A stretch of 64,000 bases of DNA. Source: Candidatus Omnitrophota bacterium. Lineage in GTDB: Bacteria; Omnitrophota; Gorgyraeia; JABMRN01; RBG-13-46-9. The DNA lies in the NCBI GenBank assembly GCA_013203315.1, contig JABMQJ010000020.1, forward strand, positions 64,001-128,000, given 5' to 3'. A program made the translations under genes and the position numbers. Below the pieces are notes generated by a model. It was not told the DNA's origin and did no database searches. It saw only the letters and a program-made list of their open reading frames with translations. Numbering within the stretch: the first letter of the stretch is position 1; each line of letters opens with the position of its first letter. Of this stretch, positions 9,699-17,835 are shown piece by piece.

Positions 9699-10835
9699 TC
9701 AGAATAATGATTCCTGGACTTCGCTTATTTCAACATTCTGTTTATCTTCAAAATCCTGAAACGCTTCTACGACGATAAGCTCCCCTTGTTTAAGCCCCTT
9801 GTTAATCTCGGCCGCGTCCTGGGTAAGATAGGCTATCCCTATTTTCCTTATTTCCACGGTGCCGCGCTCCAGAACCGCTTCCTTTCCTTCGGGTGTACCT
9901 TCTTTTGCCGCCGCTTCTGCCGGTTTTTCTTCTTTGTGAATTACATATACAAAATAATCAGCGTCTTTTTTCTTAAAAGCGGATGTCGGTATTATGAGGG
10001 CTTTGTCTTTTTCGTACGTGGCGATCAGGGCCCGGGTAAACATGCCGGGTTTAAGTTCATTATTTGGATTTTCTAATTCTATTTTTATTTTCTGTGTCCT
10101 TGTCCTGCCTTCTACGACCGGTGCGATTGAATCCACGGTTCCCTTGTAGGCTTTATTCGGATATGCATCGACAAAGATTTCGCATTCCTGGCCCAGTTTA
10201 AGTTTTGGCGAGTCTCTTTCGATTATGTTGTATTCGGCGTAGACATTACTTATTTCCACAAAAGCGCCTACTTTGTCGTTAGGGGTTACATAGGCCCCGA
10301 CATCTATATCCCGGCTTCCTAAAATGCCGGACCCGGCAGCATATATATTTGTTTTTTCAAAATCACTTTTTGCGGATTCGTACTCGAGCTTGGATTGTTC
10401 GAGCTTGATTCTATCCACACCACCTAATTCAAACAATTTCTTGGATTTCTCTACTTCCAGTTCTGCATACCTGAGCTTTAACAGGGCGTCTTTCTGGTTT
10501 AAATTAGCTATGATATCGCCTTCCTGAACTATTTCTCCTTCTTCGAAATTAAAGTTTTCTAGAATGCCGTTCGTTTCAAATTTTAGGTCTATTTCTTTAA
10601 AACCTTTTATGTTACCCATCACAGGTAGCGTATCTTTGAAATTTGTAATCTTTGCTTTATAGACCTTGACAAGAACTGATTCTTCCACCGCCCCAAGTCC
10701 GGCAGTTCCTCCCGGAGCTTTTTTCTTAAATAAAATATTTTGTATTTTTCCGGTGGTACGAGCCAGGACTAGCCCTACCAGGAGTATTCCGATTATTATA
10801 ATGACGTATTTTTTCTTTAGATTAAATTTTTTCAT
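9699..10835 (-). CDS. RND periplasmic adaptor (membrane fusion protein)
   Basis: N-terminal TM anchor, lipoyl-like EEGEIVQEGDIIA, short helical hairpin, LKPGMF motif; precedes the RND genes. Confidence 0.9.
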   Translation of the reverse strand: MKKFNLKKKYVIIIIGILLVGLVLARTTGKIQNILFKKKAPGGTAGLGAVEESVLVKVYKAKITNFKDTLPVMGNIKGFKEIDLKFETNGILENFNFEEGEIVQEGDIIANLNQKDALLKLRYAELEVEKSKKLFELGGVDRIKLEQSKLEYESAKSDFEKTNIYAAGSGILGSRDIDVGAYVTPNDKVGAFVEISNVYAEYNIIERDSPKLKLGQECEIFVDAYPNKAYKGTVDSIAPVVEGRTRTQKIKIELENPNNELKPGMFTRALIATYEKDKALIIPTSAFKKKDADYFVYVIHKEEKPAEAAAKEGTPEGKEAVLERGTVEIRKIGIAYLTQDAAEINKGLKQGELIVVEAFQDFEDKQNVEISEVQESLF

Positions 10836-10851
10836 TTTTAAATCCTCTCTT

Positions 10852-12636
10852 TTAAGCTTTGAAATAATCGTCCAACCCTATCGCCTTATTAAGGGTGGCT
10901 ATGGCGGTAAAATAATCGGACATAGCCTGAATGTATGAAAATTCTTCTTCGGCTAATTTTATCATCTCTTCGATCACGTCCGAGTATTGGGCTTCGCCAA
11001 GCGCACGCTTGACTTCTAAAATTTCTACTTGTTTTGACTGAAAATCAATTTTGCTTTTGGCAACATTTATCAGAAGAATTGCCTTTTTATATTTGAAAAA
11101 TGTTTCTTTTATTTCCAGGGCAATTTCCTGCTTTTTCTTATCCATCTCGTCTTGAGACCTCATATGCTCAAGTTCCGCTTCGTATACCTTAGAGATATCC
11201 TCCATCTTGTCAAGCAGGGAAAGCGTTATCCGCTGAGTGGTAGCGGCGGTACCGTGGACTGTCTGGACAACAGGCTGCCATTCCTCCTGTGTATAAGAAT
11301 AGCCCAGGGTGCTTCCCCAAAACGGTACGCTTACTTTGGTACCGACATAGTATTCCGGGCCCAGGCCACGGGGGTGGTCCTCTCCGCTTAGATCGCGCGG
11401 TACAAAATCTTCTCTCATATTGCCATAAGAACCCAGAATATCCACTCTCGGAAAATTCGAGCGCGCCTTTGCTATCTTTCCCTCGTATTCGAAATATTCG
11501 AAAAATAGGTTTCTGATTTTTATTTCCGGCCTATTCAAATAAGCCAGGTTGAAACAATCCTCCAGATTTAATTCGGTTATCCGGGGTTTTCCGACTTCGA
11601 CGATTTCAATATGCCCCTCTATATTCATCGCCTGCTGCAAGAGAAGATTGGCCACCGAAAGATCCTCCTCGGCAGAAACTACTTGAAAATTAATCTGGTT
11701 ATATTTAGAATTAACTTCCAAAAATTCGATATAGGAAACAACGCCAGCCTCATACCCGCCTTTTGCTATGTCATAAAATTTTTTCGTTCCTTCGTATAAT
11801 CTGTTCTGTATCTTTAAAGTCTTTTTTGATTTGTCCAGGCTGTAATAGGCTTTCTTTACCTGGAGTATCATTTCGTTTTTGATTCTGCCAAAATCGGTTT
11901 TCACAACCTCTAGATTGATTTTCGCCTGTTTAACAGAAAATATAAGTTCCCCTCCGTAAAAAATAGGCTGTTTACCTTCAACTACAATTTTTTCGCCATC
12001 GTAATATCTCCTGCTTACCTGGCCTCCTGTTATTTCCCATTTCGCTGTTACCGTCGGTCCTAGCTTACGCTTGGCTTCAAGCAATCTGAACCCTGCCAGC
12101 TTTAATTGTTTTTTTGCTATGAGCAAGGGGAGGTGATTTTCCGCGGCAATAGTAATGCATTCCTCGAGGTCTAATTTACGCTTTTCCGGGAGTGTTTCTT
12201 TTTTCTTTTCTGCGCTTTTCTTCGGACTTTTTTTTGCTTTCTTTTTCTTTTGCGCAGGTTTTTTCGTTTTCTTTATTTTTTTCTTTTTCGTTTTTGCGAT
12301 TTTCCTCGATTTCTTCTTTACGATTTTGCGGGAAGGTTTCTTTTCAATTTTCTTACTCATCCGCTTTTTGGTGCTTTTGATAGATTCTTTAACAAATTTA
12401 TTTTTGGGCTGGAAAGTGAGCGCTTCTTCCCACTTGTCTACTGCCTTTTGATAATTCTTTTCTTCGTAATAAACCTTGGCTTCTTTTATGCATTGCCTGA
12501 ACCTTTCCTGTGCGCTATACTCAGCCGCCTCCTCCTGCGCCAGCGAAACGGGTGGAAGAGAAATGGCGAAAATCAAAAAAGCTGCCACGAAAAATTTGAA
12601 ACCTTGGTGTATCTTTTTGTAAATTCCGTAGTTCAT
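10852..12636 (-). CDS. TolC-family outer membrane factor with N-terminal TPR and Lys-rich linker
   Basis: Probable start 12636 (ATGA overlap with the upstream stop); signal peptide ..PPVSLA-Q; TPR-like YYEEKNYQKAVDKWEEAL; OEP repeats LDLEECITIA, VKKAYY, NRPEI, LNKAIG. Confidence 0.85.
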   Translation of the reverse strand: MNYGIYKKIHQGFKFFVAAFLIFAISLPPVSLAQEEAAEYSAQERFRQCIKEAKVYYEEKNYQKAVDKWEEALTFQPKNKFVKESIKSTKKRMSKKIEKKPSRKIVKKKSRKIAKTKKKKIKKTKKPAQKKKKAKKSPKKSAEKKKETLPEKRKLDLEECITIAAENHLPLLIAKKQLKLAGFRLLEAKRKLGPTVTAKWEITGGQVSRRYYDGEKIVVEGKQPIFYGGELIFSVKQAKINLEVVKTDFGRIKNEMILQVKKAYYSLDKSKKTLKIQNRLYEGTKKFYDIAKGGYEAGVVSYIEFLEVNSKYNQINFQVVSAEEDLSVANLLLQQAMNIEGHIEIVEVGKPRITELNLEDCFNLAYLNRPEIKIRNLFFEYFEYEGKIAKARSNFPRVDILGSYGNMREDFVPRDLSGEDHPRGLGPEYYVGTKVSVPFWGSTLGYSYTQEEWQPVVQTVHGTAATTQRITLSLLDKMEDISKVYEAELEHMRSQDEMDKKKQEIALEIKETFFKYKKAILLINVAKSKIDFQSKQVEILEVKRALGEAQYSDVIEEMIKLAEEEFSYIQAMSDYFTAIATLNKAIGLDDYFKA

Positions 12637-12977
12637 ATATTTTGGGTTTCGTTCATTTTCTTCTTTTTCCGGTATTCGCGCATGTAATCCCGCATATAAT
12701 TGCGGTGCCTTGTTTTGTGCGCTTCCCTGTAAAGCTTGAGATACTCTTTGTGCTTCTTGCGCCACTCTAGAGACCTATTTTTGCATGTTTCCTTCCAGGA
12801 CGAATCGCGCGCTTCTTTATACCTGAAGTAGTTGGGATTCTTCTTGCGCCAACCGGACATGTTTACAAGCTGACGCTGATACTGACACTCTACGCCAGAA
12901 CAAACGGCCTGATTCGGGCGGTATTTATTCGGGCTAAACGGATTGCCACAAATAATGCATTTCTTTTCTTCGGTCAT
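12633..12977 (-). CDS. Hypothetical basic protein with putative Zn finger
   Basis: CIIC..CSGVEC plus repeated WRKK/YMR helices; SD AGAGGTG; tightly linked in the operon. Confidence 0.75.
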   Translation of the reverse strand: MTEEKKCIICGNPFSPNKYRPNQAVCSGVECQYQRQLVNMSGWRKKNPNYFRYKEARDSSWKETCKNRSLEWRKKHKEYLKLYREAHKTRHRNYMRDYMREYRKKKKMNETQNI

Positions 12978-12989
12978 TTCACACCTCTT

Positions 12990-14108
12990 TTAAGACTCTA
13001 TAAAGGCTTCCCGTATTGCAAGAAAAGCTGCCCCTTTACTGCAGGCGTCTTTTCCCAAGACAGCCGAAGCCAACCTAACTTTATCTGAAACATCATGCAA
13101 TATAAATCTGTTTACACTGGTCTTTAAAGCTTTTAAAAAAATATCACCGGACTGTTCTACGCCGCCACCTATAATAACCGCTTCGGGCTTAAACGAGTTT
13201 ATAAGATATGCCGTGCGGACACCGAGATTTGTTCCGGCCATTTTTATAATGTCTCCGGCAACTTCGTCCTTTTCTTTGGCGGCTTTTATAACTGTTTCCA
13301 AGGTAATGCTGCCTGCGCCACCCTTCGTCATGTCAATTATTTTTGTGCCGACGCCCTTCTTGATAATATTTTTTACTTCGCCTATGATGCTAAGCTCCCG
13401 ACCCCATGGCCTCAGGTATGCATATTCGCTTTTTTCTTCGTCTGCTTCGTAAAATCCCTCGTCCTTAATATAAACCATTTCTCCTGTATCTTTGTAAACA
13501 TACAGAACGCTTAAGGAATCCCTCGCATCCGGGTTTAGGGCTCTTTCACCAAAAGCCGCACACACCGCGCCGTTGGCGGTCAATATCAAGATTCCCATTT
13601 CCTCTTCTAGATCGCTTTTTATTTTTATGATTTCTTCTTTAATATCTTTTGAATCCGCTGATATACCTATTTTTTTAATTCGTATTTTATCTATTTTTGA
13701 AGCATTGAGAAGTTTTTGTACTATTTCGTTTATTAAAAGTTTTAAATCCTTTTTCCCGCAACCTTCGGTGGAATCGCTTGCCAGAACCTGCATGCCTAAA
13801 TCCAGAATAACCCCTTTTACGCAACTTGCGCTAACGTCTATACCCAGCGTATATCCCCATTCTTTATTCAGCTCTATAAGTTCCGGTCGTCTTCCGCCGC
13901 TTGAGATGTCGTAACCGTGCTCCAGTACAAGGCCTTTTTTCAGGTAGCTATTAACATAATTAGATACTGTAACGACGTTAATTTCCGTTAATTTGGATAT
14001 TTCTGTGCGGGAGGTACTCTTACGAGATTTGATTAAATTCAAAAAAAGTAAGTTTTTCTTTTCGTGGTCAGTTGAGGGATTTGCTGTAAATTGTGTCTTT
14101 TTTTTCAT
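12990..14108 (-). CDS. ROK-family transcriptional regulator
   Basis: N-terminal wHTH (SRTEISKLTEINVVTVSNYVN), GGRRP, GIDV, P-x-AVIIGGGV; start moved to 14108 because a promoter overlaps the 14138 ATG. Confidence 0.9.
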   Translation of the reverse strand: MKKKTQFTANPSTDHEKKNLLFLNLIKSRKSTSRTEISKLTEINVVTVSNYVNSYLKKGLVLEHGYDISSGGRRPELIELNKEWGYTLGIDVSASCVKGVILDLGMQVLASDSTEGCGKKDLKLLINEIVQKLLNASKIDKIRIKKIGISADSKDIKEEIIKIKSDLEEEMGILILTANGAVCAAFGERALNPDARDSLSVLYVYKDTGEMVYIKDEGFYEADEEKSEYAYLRPWGRELSIIGEVKNIIKKGVGTKIIDMTKGGAGSITLETVIKAAKEKDEVAGDIIKMAGTNLGVRTAYLINSFKPEAVIIGGGVEQSGDIFLKALKTSVNRFILHDVSDKVRLASAVLGKDACSKGAAFLAIREAFIES

Positions 14109-14112
14109 GGAA

Positions 14113-14157
14113 CTAACTTTTGTTAGAAAGTGTAGCATAAAACAAACAAAAAGTCAA
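14113..14157 (-). promoter_or_regulatory. Sigma70 promoter with palindromic candidate operator for the ROK-RND operon
   Basis: TTGACT-17 bp-TACACT with TG extension; palindrome CTAAC-N4-GTTAG at 14113-14126 over the predicted TSS. Confidence 0.6.
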
Positions 14158-14257
14158 ATTTCTGAAAGAAATTTGATCCTCAAGGTAGTGTTGTCGAATA
14201 GATAAATACAAAATCCTTGTGGCTTTTTTTGTTTAAGGGTATAATGTTTTAATCTAA

Positions 14258-14734
14258 ATGAAGAAGCTATGTATTATAATTATATCGCTAATACTCGCCA
14301 CTTCGGTAGCGGAGGGGCGCCCTTTCTACAGGGGCTTTAAAAGAGATGTTGGCACAGGGGATGTCGTCTTATCGTTAACTGAAATTGTGAGGCTATTCGA
14401 TCAGCACGCCAAGGTAGTAGGTGGTGCCGGATTCTTCTACGGCGTAAAGTCTAAATTTATGACTATTTCTTCTGATTCACACCGTGATTTACTGCAAAAT
14501 TATATCTTACGCACACCCGGATATATGTTGCGTGCAAGCGGAATTTCAGAAGATGACCCTTCTTTAAGTAAAACTTTCGTATATTACTGCGGTCTAATGC
14601 CTACTGCGTATGATACGTATGCCGTGTGCAGGAATAAGATTTTACTTTGTATTAAAGCGGTGTTCCCCGGTAAAAGTGACGCGTTTTACCGGAATATTAT
14701 GCGCGAAATGCGAAACAACGCGGGCGCGGATTAG
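14258..14734 (+). CDS. Hypothetical exported protein
   Basis: 158 aa with signal peptide MKKLCIIIISLILATSVAEG; TATAAT at 14240-14245. Confidence 0.7.
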   Translation: MKKLCIIIISLILATSVAEGRPFYRGFKRDVGTGDVVLSLTEIVRLFDQHAKVVGGAGFFYGVKSKFMTISSDSHRDLLQNYILRTPGYMLRASGISEDDPSLSKTFVYYCGLMPTAYDTYAVCRNKILLCIKAVFPGKSDAFYRNIMREMRNNAGAD

Positions 14735-14736
14735 TT

Positions 14737-16032
14737 ATGACTTTGTCAGAAAAACTTATCTTTACGCTGAAGAGGAAAAAGTGGCTAATAGCGCTTCTTT
14801 TGGTCGCGGTTTTTGTTTCTCTCGGTTTTTACACTACGTGGAGAACGCATTATAAATCGACCGATTTCGATACATACTATTATGCAGGCCGCGATGTTTT
14901 AGCAGGCGCTTCTGTTTATACGGAGCATGAAAGCATAAGCCCTTATATTTACCCGCCATTTTTTGCATGCTTGATTGCGCCGTTTACATTATTTAGCCTG
15001 GAAGTAACTTCGGTTTTTTGGTATATTTTAAATCTTGCCCTTTTCTTTCTTTCTATTTTATTAAGCTTTCGCCTGATTTTTGACGATAAGCCTAAGGCCA
15101 TTAATCCTAACGTACTTTTATCGGCGCCGGTAATTCTGTTTTTTGTTATGCTCACCGGGCTTTTTATAGACAACATATCGATGCTGCAGGCTAACATATC
15201 GATACTCTTTTTGGTCGTAGCGGGGCTTTACTTTTTTAAGAAAAAAATGGATCTTCCGGCATCCTTTTTTTTAGGCCTGGCCATTTCGATTAAGGTAATT
15301 CCGATTTTATTTTTGATTTATTTTATTGTTAAAAAGGAATTCAAGATGGCGGTATTTACCGCCCTATGGACGGGGTTATTTTCTTATGCCGTGCCGGCGG
15401 CTTTCATGGGACCGGATAACGCCTGGGTTTCTCTTGACATGTGGAGCAAAAGCATGCTTTTTAAATTCATGTCGAAAAACCCGGATTTCGACATGTTAAT
15501 ATACATGTTCAATCCGCAAAATCAGTCAGTTACGGCATTTTTTTCCAGGTGGCTTATAAAAAATGATTTTCTTATCATTCACTTCAAAAGGATGGCGCAC
15601 GAGTATCCTGCATTCCTGATACCCTGGACTTTGTCCATGACAAGAGAGAGCGTGTTTTTCATATCCAAGGTTTTTACGTTTCTGGTGGGTGCTGTGACGT
15701 TTCTTTGTTGTTTTGGAAAAATAAAAAATAGAGGCGACCACTTACTTAACTACGAATACTCCCTGATGTTTCTCGTATCGCTTATAGTAAATCCGGTTTT
15801 AAAAACGCAGCAGATGATTTTTCTCATGTTTCCTGCGCTCTTACTTTTGTCCCGTATTATCAAGCCCGTAGGAAATGGCCGATTTCTTCGCCCGGCTTTT
15901 TTGAGCTTTGCGTTCTTATATTTATCTCAGGTTTTTGGGGTGTCTAAAATGCTGGGGTTCGGAACACTTTCAATTTTACTGCTATGGGGAATCCTGCTGG
16001 TAAGTTACCGTGGCCTTATTAGGCGTGTTTAG
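14737..16032 (+). CDS. GT87/DUF2029 GT-C-fold membrane glycosyltransferase
   Basis: DFDTYY..YIYPPFFA, QANI, LAISIKVIP, NQS motifs; many TM helices. Confidence 0.85.
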   Translation: MTLSEKLIFTLKRKKWLIALLLVAVFVSLGFYTTWRTHYKSTDFDTYYYAGRDVLAGASVYTEHESISPYIYPPFFACLIAPFTLFSLEVTSVFWYILNLALFFLSILLSFRLIFDDKPKAINPNVLLSAPVILFFVMLTGLFIDNISMLQANISILFLVVAGLYFFKKKMDLPASFFLGLAISIKVIPILFLIYFIVKKEFKMAVFTALWTGLFSYAVPAAFMGPDNAWVSLDMWSKSMLFKFMSKNPDFDMLIYMFNPQNQSVTAFFSRWLIKNDFLIIHFKRMAHEYPAFLIPWTLSMTRESVFFISKVFTFLVGAVTFLCCFGKIKNRGDHLLNYEYSLMFLVSLIVNPVLKTQQMIFLMFPALLLLSRIIKPVGNGRFLRPAFLSFAFLYLSQVFGVSKMLGFGTLSILLLWGILLVSYRGLIRRV

Positions 16033-16052
16033 AAAGGCCTCGGAAGAATTGG

Positions 16053-16181
16053 TTAGGTTGTTTTTTTGGCTCTTTTTCGTCTAAAAAAGCCCGCTCCAAA
16101 TCGAAGCATAGTAGAGGGTTCAGGGATAGCATTGCAAGTCCCGTCTATGCATATTTGTAACGCCTGCGATTTCTTGTTCAA
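16053..16181 (-). pseudogene. PEP-CTERM sorting-signal remnant
   Basis: Translates ..IDGTCNAIPEPSTMLRFGAGFFRRKRAKKTT*; the TM segment is shortened and there is no signal peptide. Confidence 0.6.
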
Positions 16182-16815
16182 TCTGTACCTTTTTTTGATT
16201 TTAAGAGTGTACCCTATTTTTTTAAAAAATATGCAGCAAAATAGCCATTTTTGTTGTCTATATATATGAGGGGTGAAAATTATGCCGGTAACATCCAGAA
16301 TATTGATTGAATACGCTTGTTATCATATTATCACAAGGGGCAATCAAAAACAACGGATTTTCAGCGAAAATAATGACCATGCTAGATATCTAGGAATCCT
16401 TAAGAGAGCAAAGAAGAAATACAAGATATCTTTGTATTCATACTGCCTTATGCCCAATCATGTGCACTTGCTAATTGAGGCAGAAGAGGTAGAGAAGATA
16501 TCCAAGTTTATGCAATGGGTTAATAGGGGTTATACAGCGTGTTTTAACTCAAAATATGACAAAGTCGGGCATCTTTGGCAGGGTAGGTTTAAAAGCAAGC
16601 CTATATTAAAAGGTGAGTATCTTGTGCATTGCTCTACATACATAGAGGAAAATCCTGTTAGAGCAAATATGGTAGATGACCCTGTAAAGTATAAATGGAG
16701 TAGCTACAGAGAGAGATGCCTAATAGCAGGTAAATCTATGCTAGATGAGATAAGGGTACAGCTTTAAGTTCGGATTTGGGTACACTTTGCTATTCAAAAT
16801 CGCAAACGTTACAAA
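16154..16815. mobile_element. RAYT-like element bounded by imperfect multi-motif inverted repeats
   Basis: TTTGTAACGccTGCGATTT (16154-16172) versus the reverse complement of 16797-16815 (17/19 match); paired TGTACC motifs 24 bp apart on each side. Confidence 0.6.
16282..16767 (+). CDS. REP-associated tyrosine transposase-like HUH nuclease (Y1_Tnp/IS200-like)
   Basis: YHIITRGN, YCLMPNHVHLL (HUH), GHLWQGRF, YIEENPVRA, YKWSSY; SD GAGGGGTG before ATG 16282. Confidence 0.9.
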   Translation: MPVTSRILIEYACYHIITRGNQKQRIFSENNDHARYLGILKRAKKKYKISLYSYCLMPNHVHLLIEAEEVEKISKFMQWVNRGYTACFNSKYDKVGHLWQGRFKSKPILKGEYLVHCSTYIEENPVRANMVDDPVKYKWSSYRERCLIAGKSMLDEIRVQL

Positions 16816-16854
16816 GCTTCCATAAATTGCGTTGTTCTCTATAGTTAGTGAGAT

Positions 16855-17748
16855 TTATATTTTTATTATTCTTTTTACTTCTCTCTTTATCTTAGAATAA
16901 ATCTTTCTTTTTAATCCGATTAATTTCTCCATCTTAGATTTTTTATATATTTCTTTGCACTGTATAACTACATATCTCTTTTCATCGTCAATCCTTAAGT
17001 CGATCTCAGGGCTGCTGAGGCTGCTCCAATTTCCTGCTAATGGGATAGGCGCGCATATTTTTGTTGCGTTAGATAAAAATGAAGCCCACCAGTAATAAGT
17101 GCTATTAGAAATAATAATTGTTTTAAACGATGAGATGAATTTAAATTTATCTAGCGTGTCAGCAAAATGAACCGTAGCATTGTATCTTTTTTTAAATAAG
17201 TAAATAAAAGGACCGTGCGGCGAGTCGGTACAAATAAATATTCTCCTATGGTGAACGTCTGTTAACGCTTCTTCATAATAGGAAAAAGGGAGTGCGCTTC
17301 CTCCTTTAACATAATCACCCCTACGGATACAAACAACAACGTCATCCGAATCTATTCGGTCTTTAGTATTCATATCCATCAAAAGCCAATTCTTTCTTAT
17401 CACATCTTTATAGGACTTATAATACTCGTATCGTTGGAAGTATCCCTCCAGAACAATTTTTCTTTTTGATTTGTTATCGATAATGGATTTTAAGTTAAGA
17501 TTTTTATTTTTCCAGCTCAAAACTTTGGAATAGTCTCCGCGGTAATAATGAGGGGGGCAGTCGTGCGCTATTACTTGAATGGGGTAACCCTGGGAATAAT
17601 CTTCTCCGTTTATCTGCTTTTCTGTGTTGGGGAAACCCGGTATAGGGTCGGCTTTTAATTTATAACCCAGCCCTTCCGCTATGATCCTTCCGAAACAGTA
17701 CTGGAAGAGATTATTACCTAACCTGCCCATATATTTCACTTCAACCAT
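16855..17748 (-). CDS. Alpha-1,2-fucosyltransferase (GT11 family)
   Basis: GRLGNNLFQY, GYFQ, IRRGDY, ISNSTYYWWASFL; SD GAGGTG before ATG 17748. Confidence 0.9.
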   Translation of the reverse strand: MVEVKYMGRLGNNLFQYCFGRIIAEGLGYKLKADPIPGFPNTEKQINGEDYSQGYPIQVIAHDCPPHYYRGDYSKVLSWKNKNLNLKSIIDNKSKRKIVLEGYFQRYEYYKSYKDVIRKNWLLMDMNTKDRIDSDDVVVCIRRGDYVKGGSALPFSYYEEALTDVHHRRIFICTDSPHGPFIYLFKKRYNATVHFADTLDKFKFISSFKTIIISNSTYYWWASFLSNATKICAPIPLAGNWSSLSSPEIDLRIDDEKRYVVIQCKEIYKKSKMEKLIGLKRKIYSKIKREVKRIIKI

Positions 17749-17788
17749 GCGATTCACCTCGTCCAATAGTGAAAAAGATGATATTAAC

Positions 17789-17835
17789 TGGTAGCCCCAA
17801 CGGGATTCGAACCCGTGTCTTCAGAATGAGAATCT
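17789..17835 (-). repeat. 47-bp duplicate of the tRNA-Glu(CTC) 3' half (att-like site)
   Basis: Identical to 19090-19136; spans the anticodon loop to CCA. Confidence 0.95.

Noticed and set aside
12637-12765. ORF-track N-terminal extension of TolC
   Set aside because: It overlaps the upstream gene; the signal peptide fits a start at 12636
17789-17835. Second tRNA-Glu(CTC) gene
   Set aside because: It lacks the 5' acceptor strand and D arm; only a fragment
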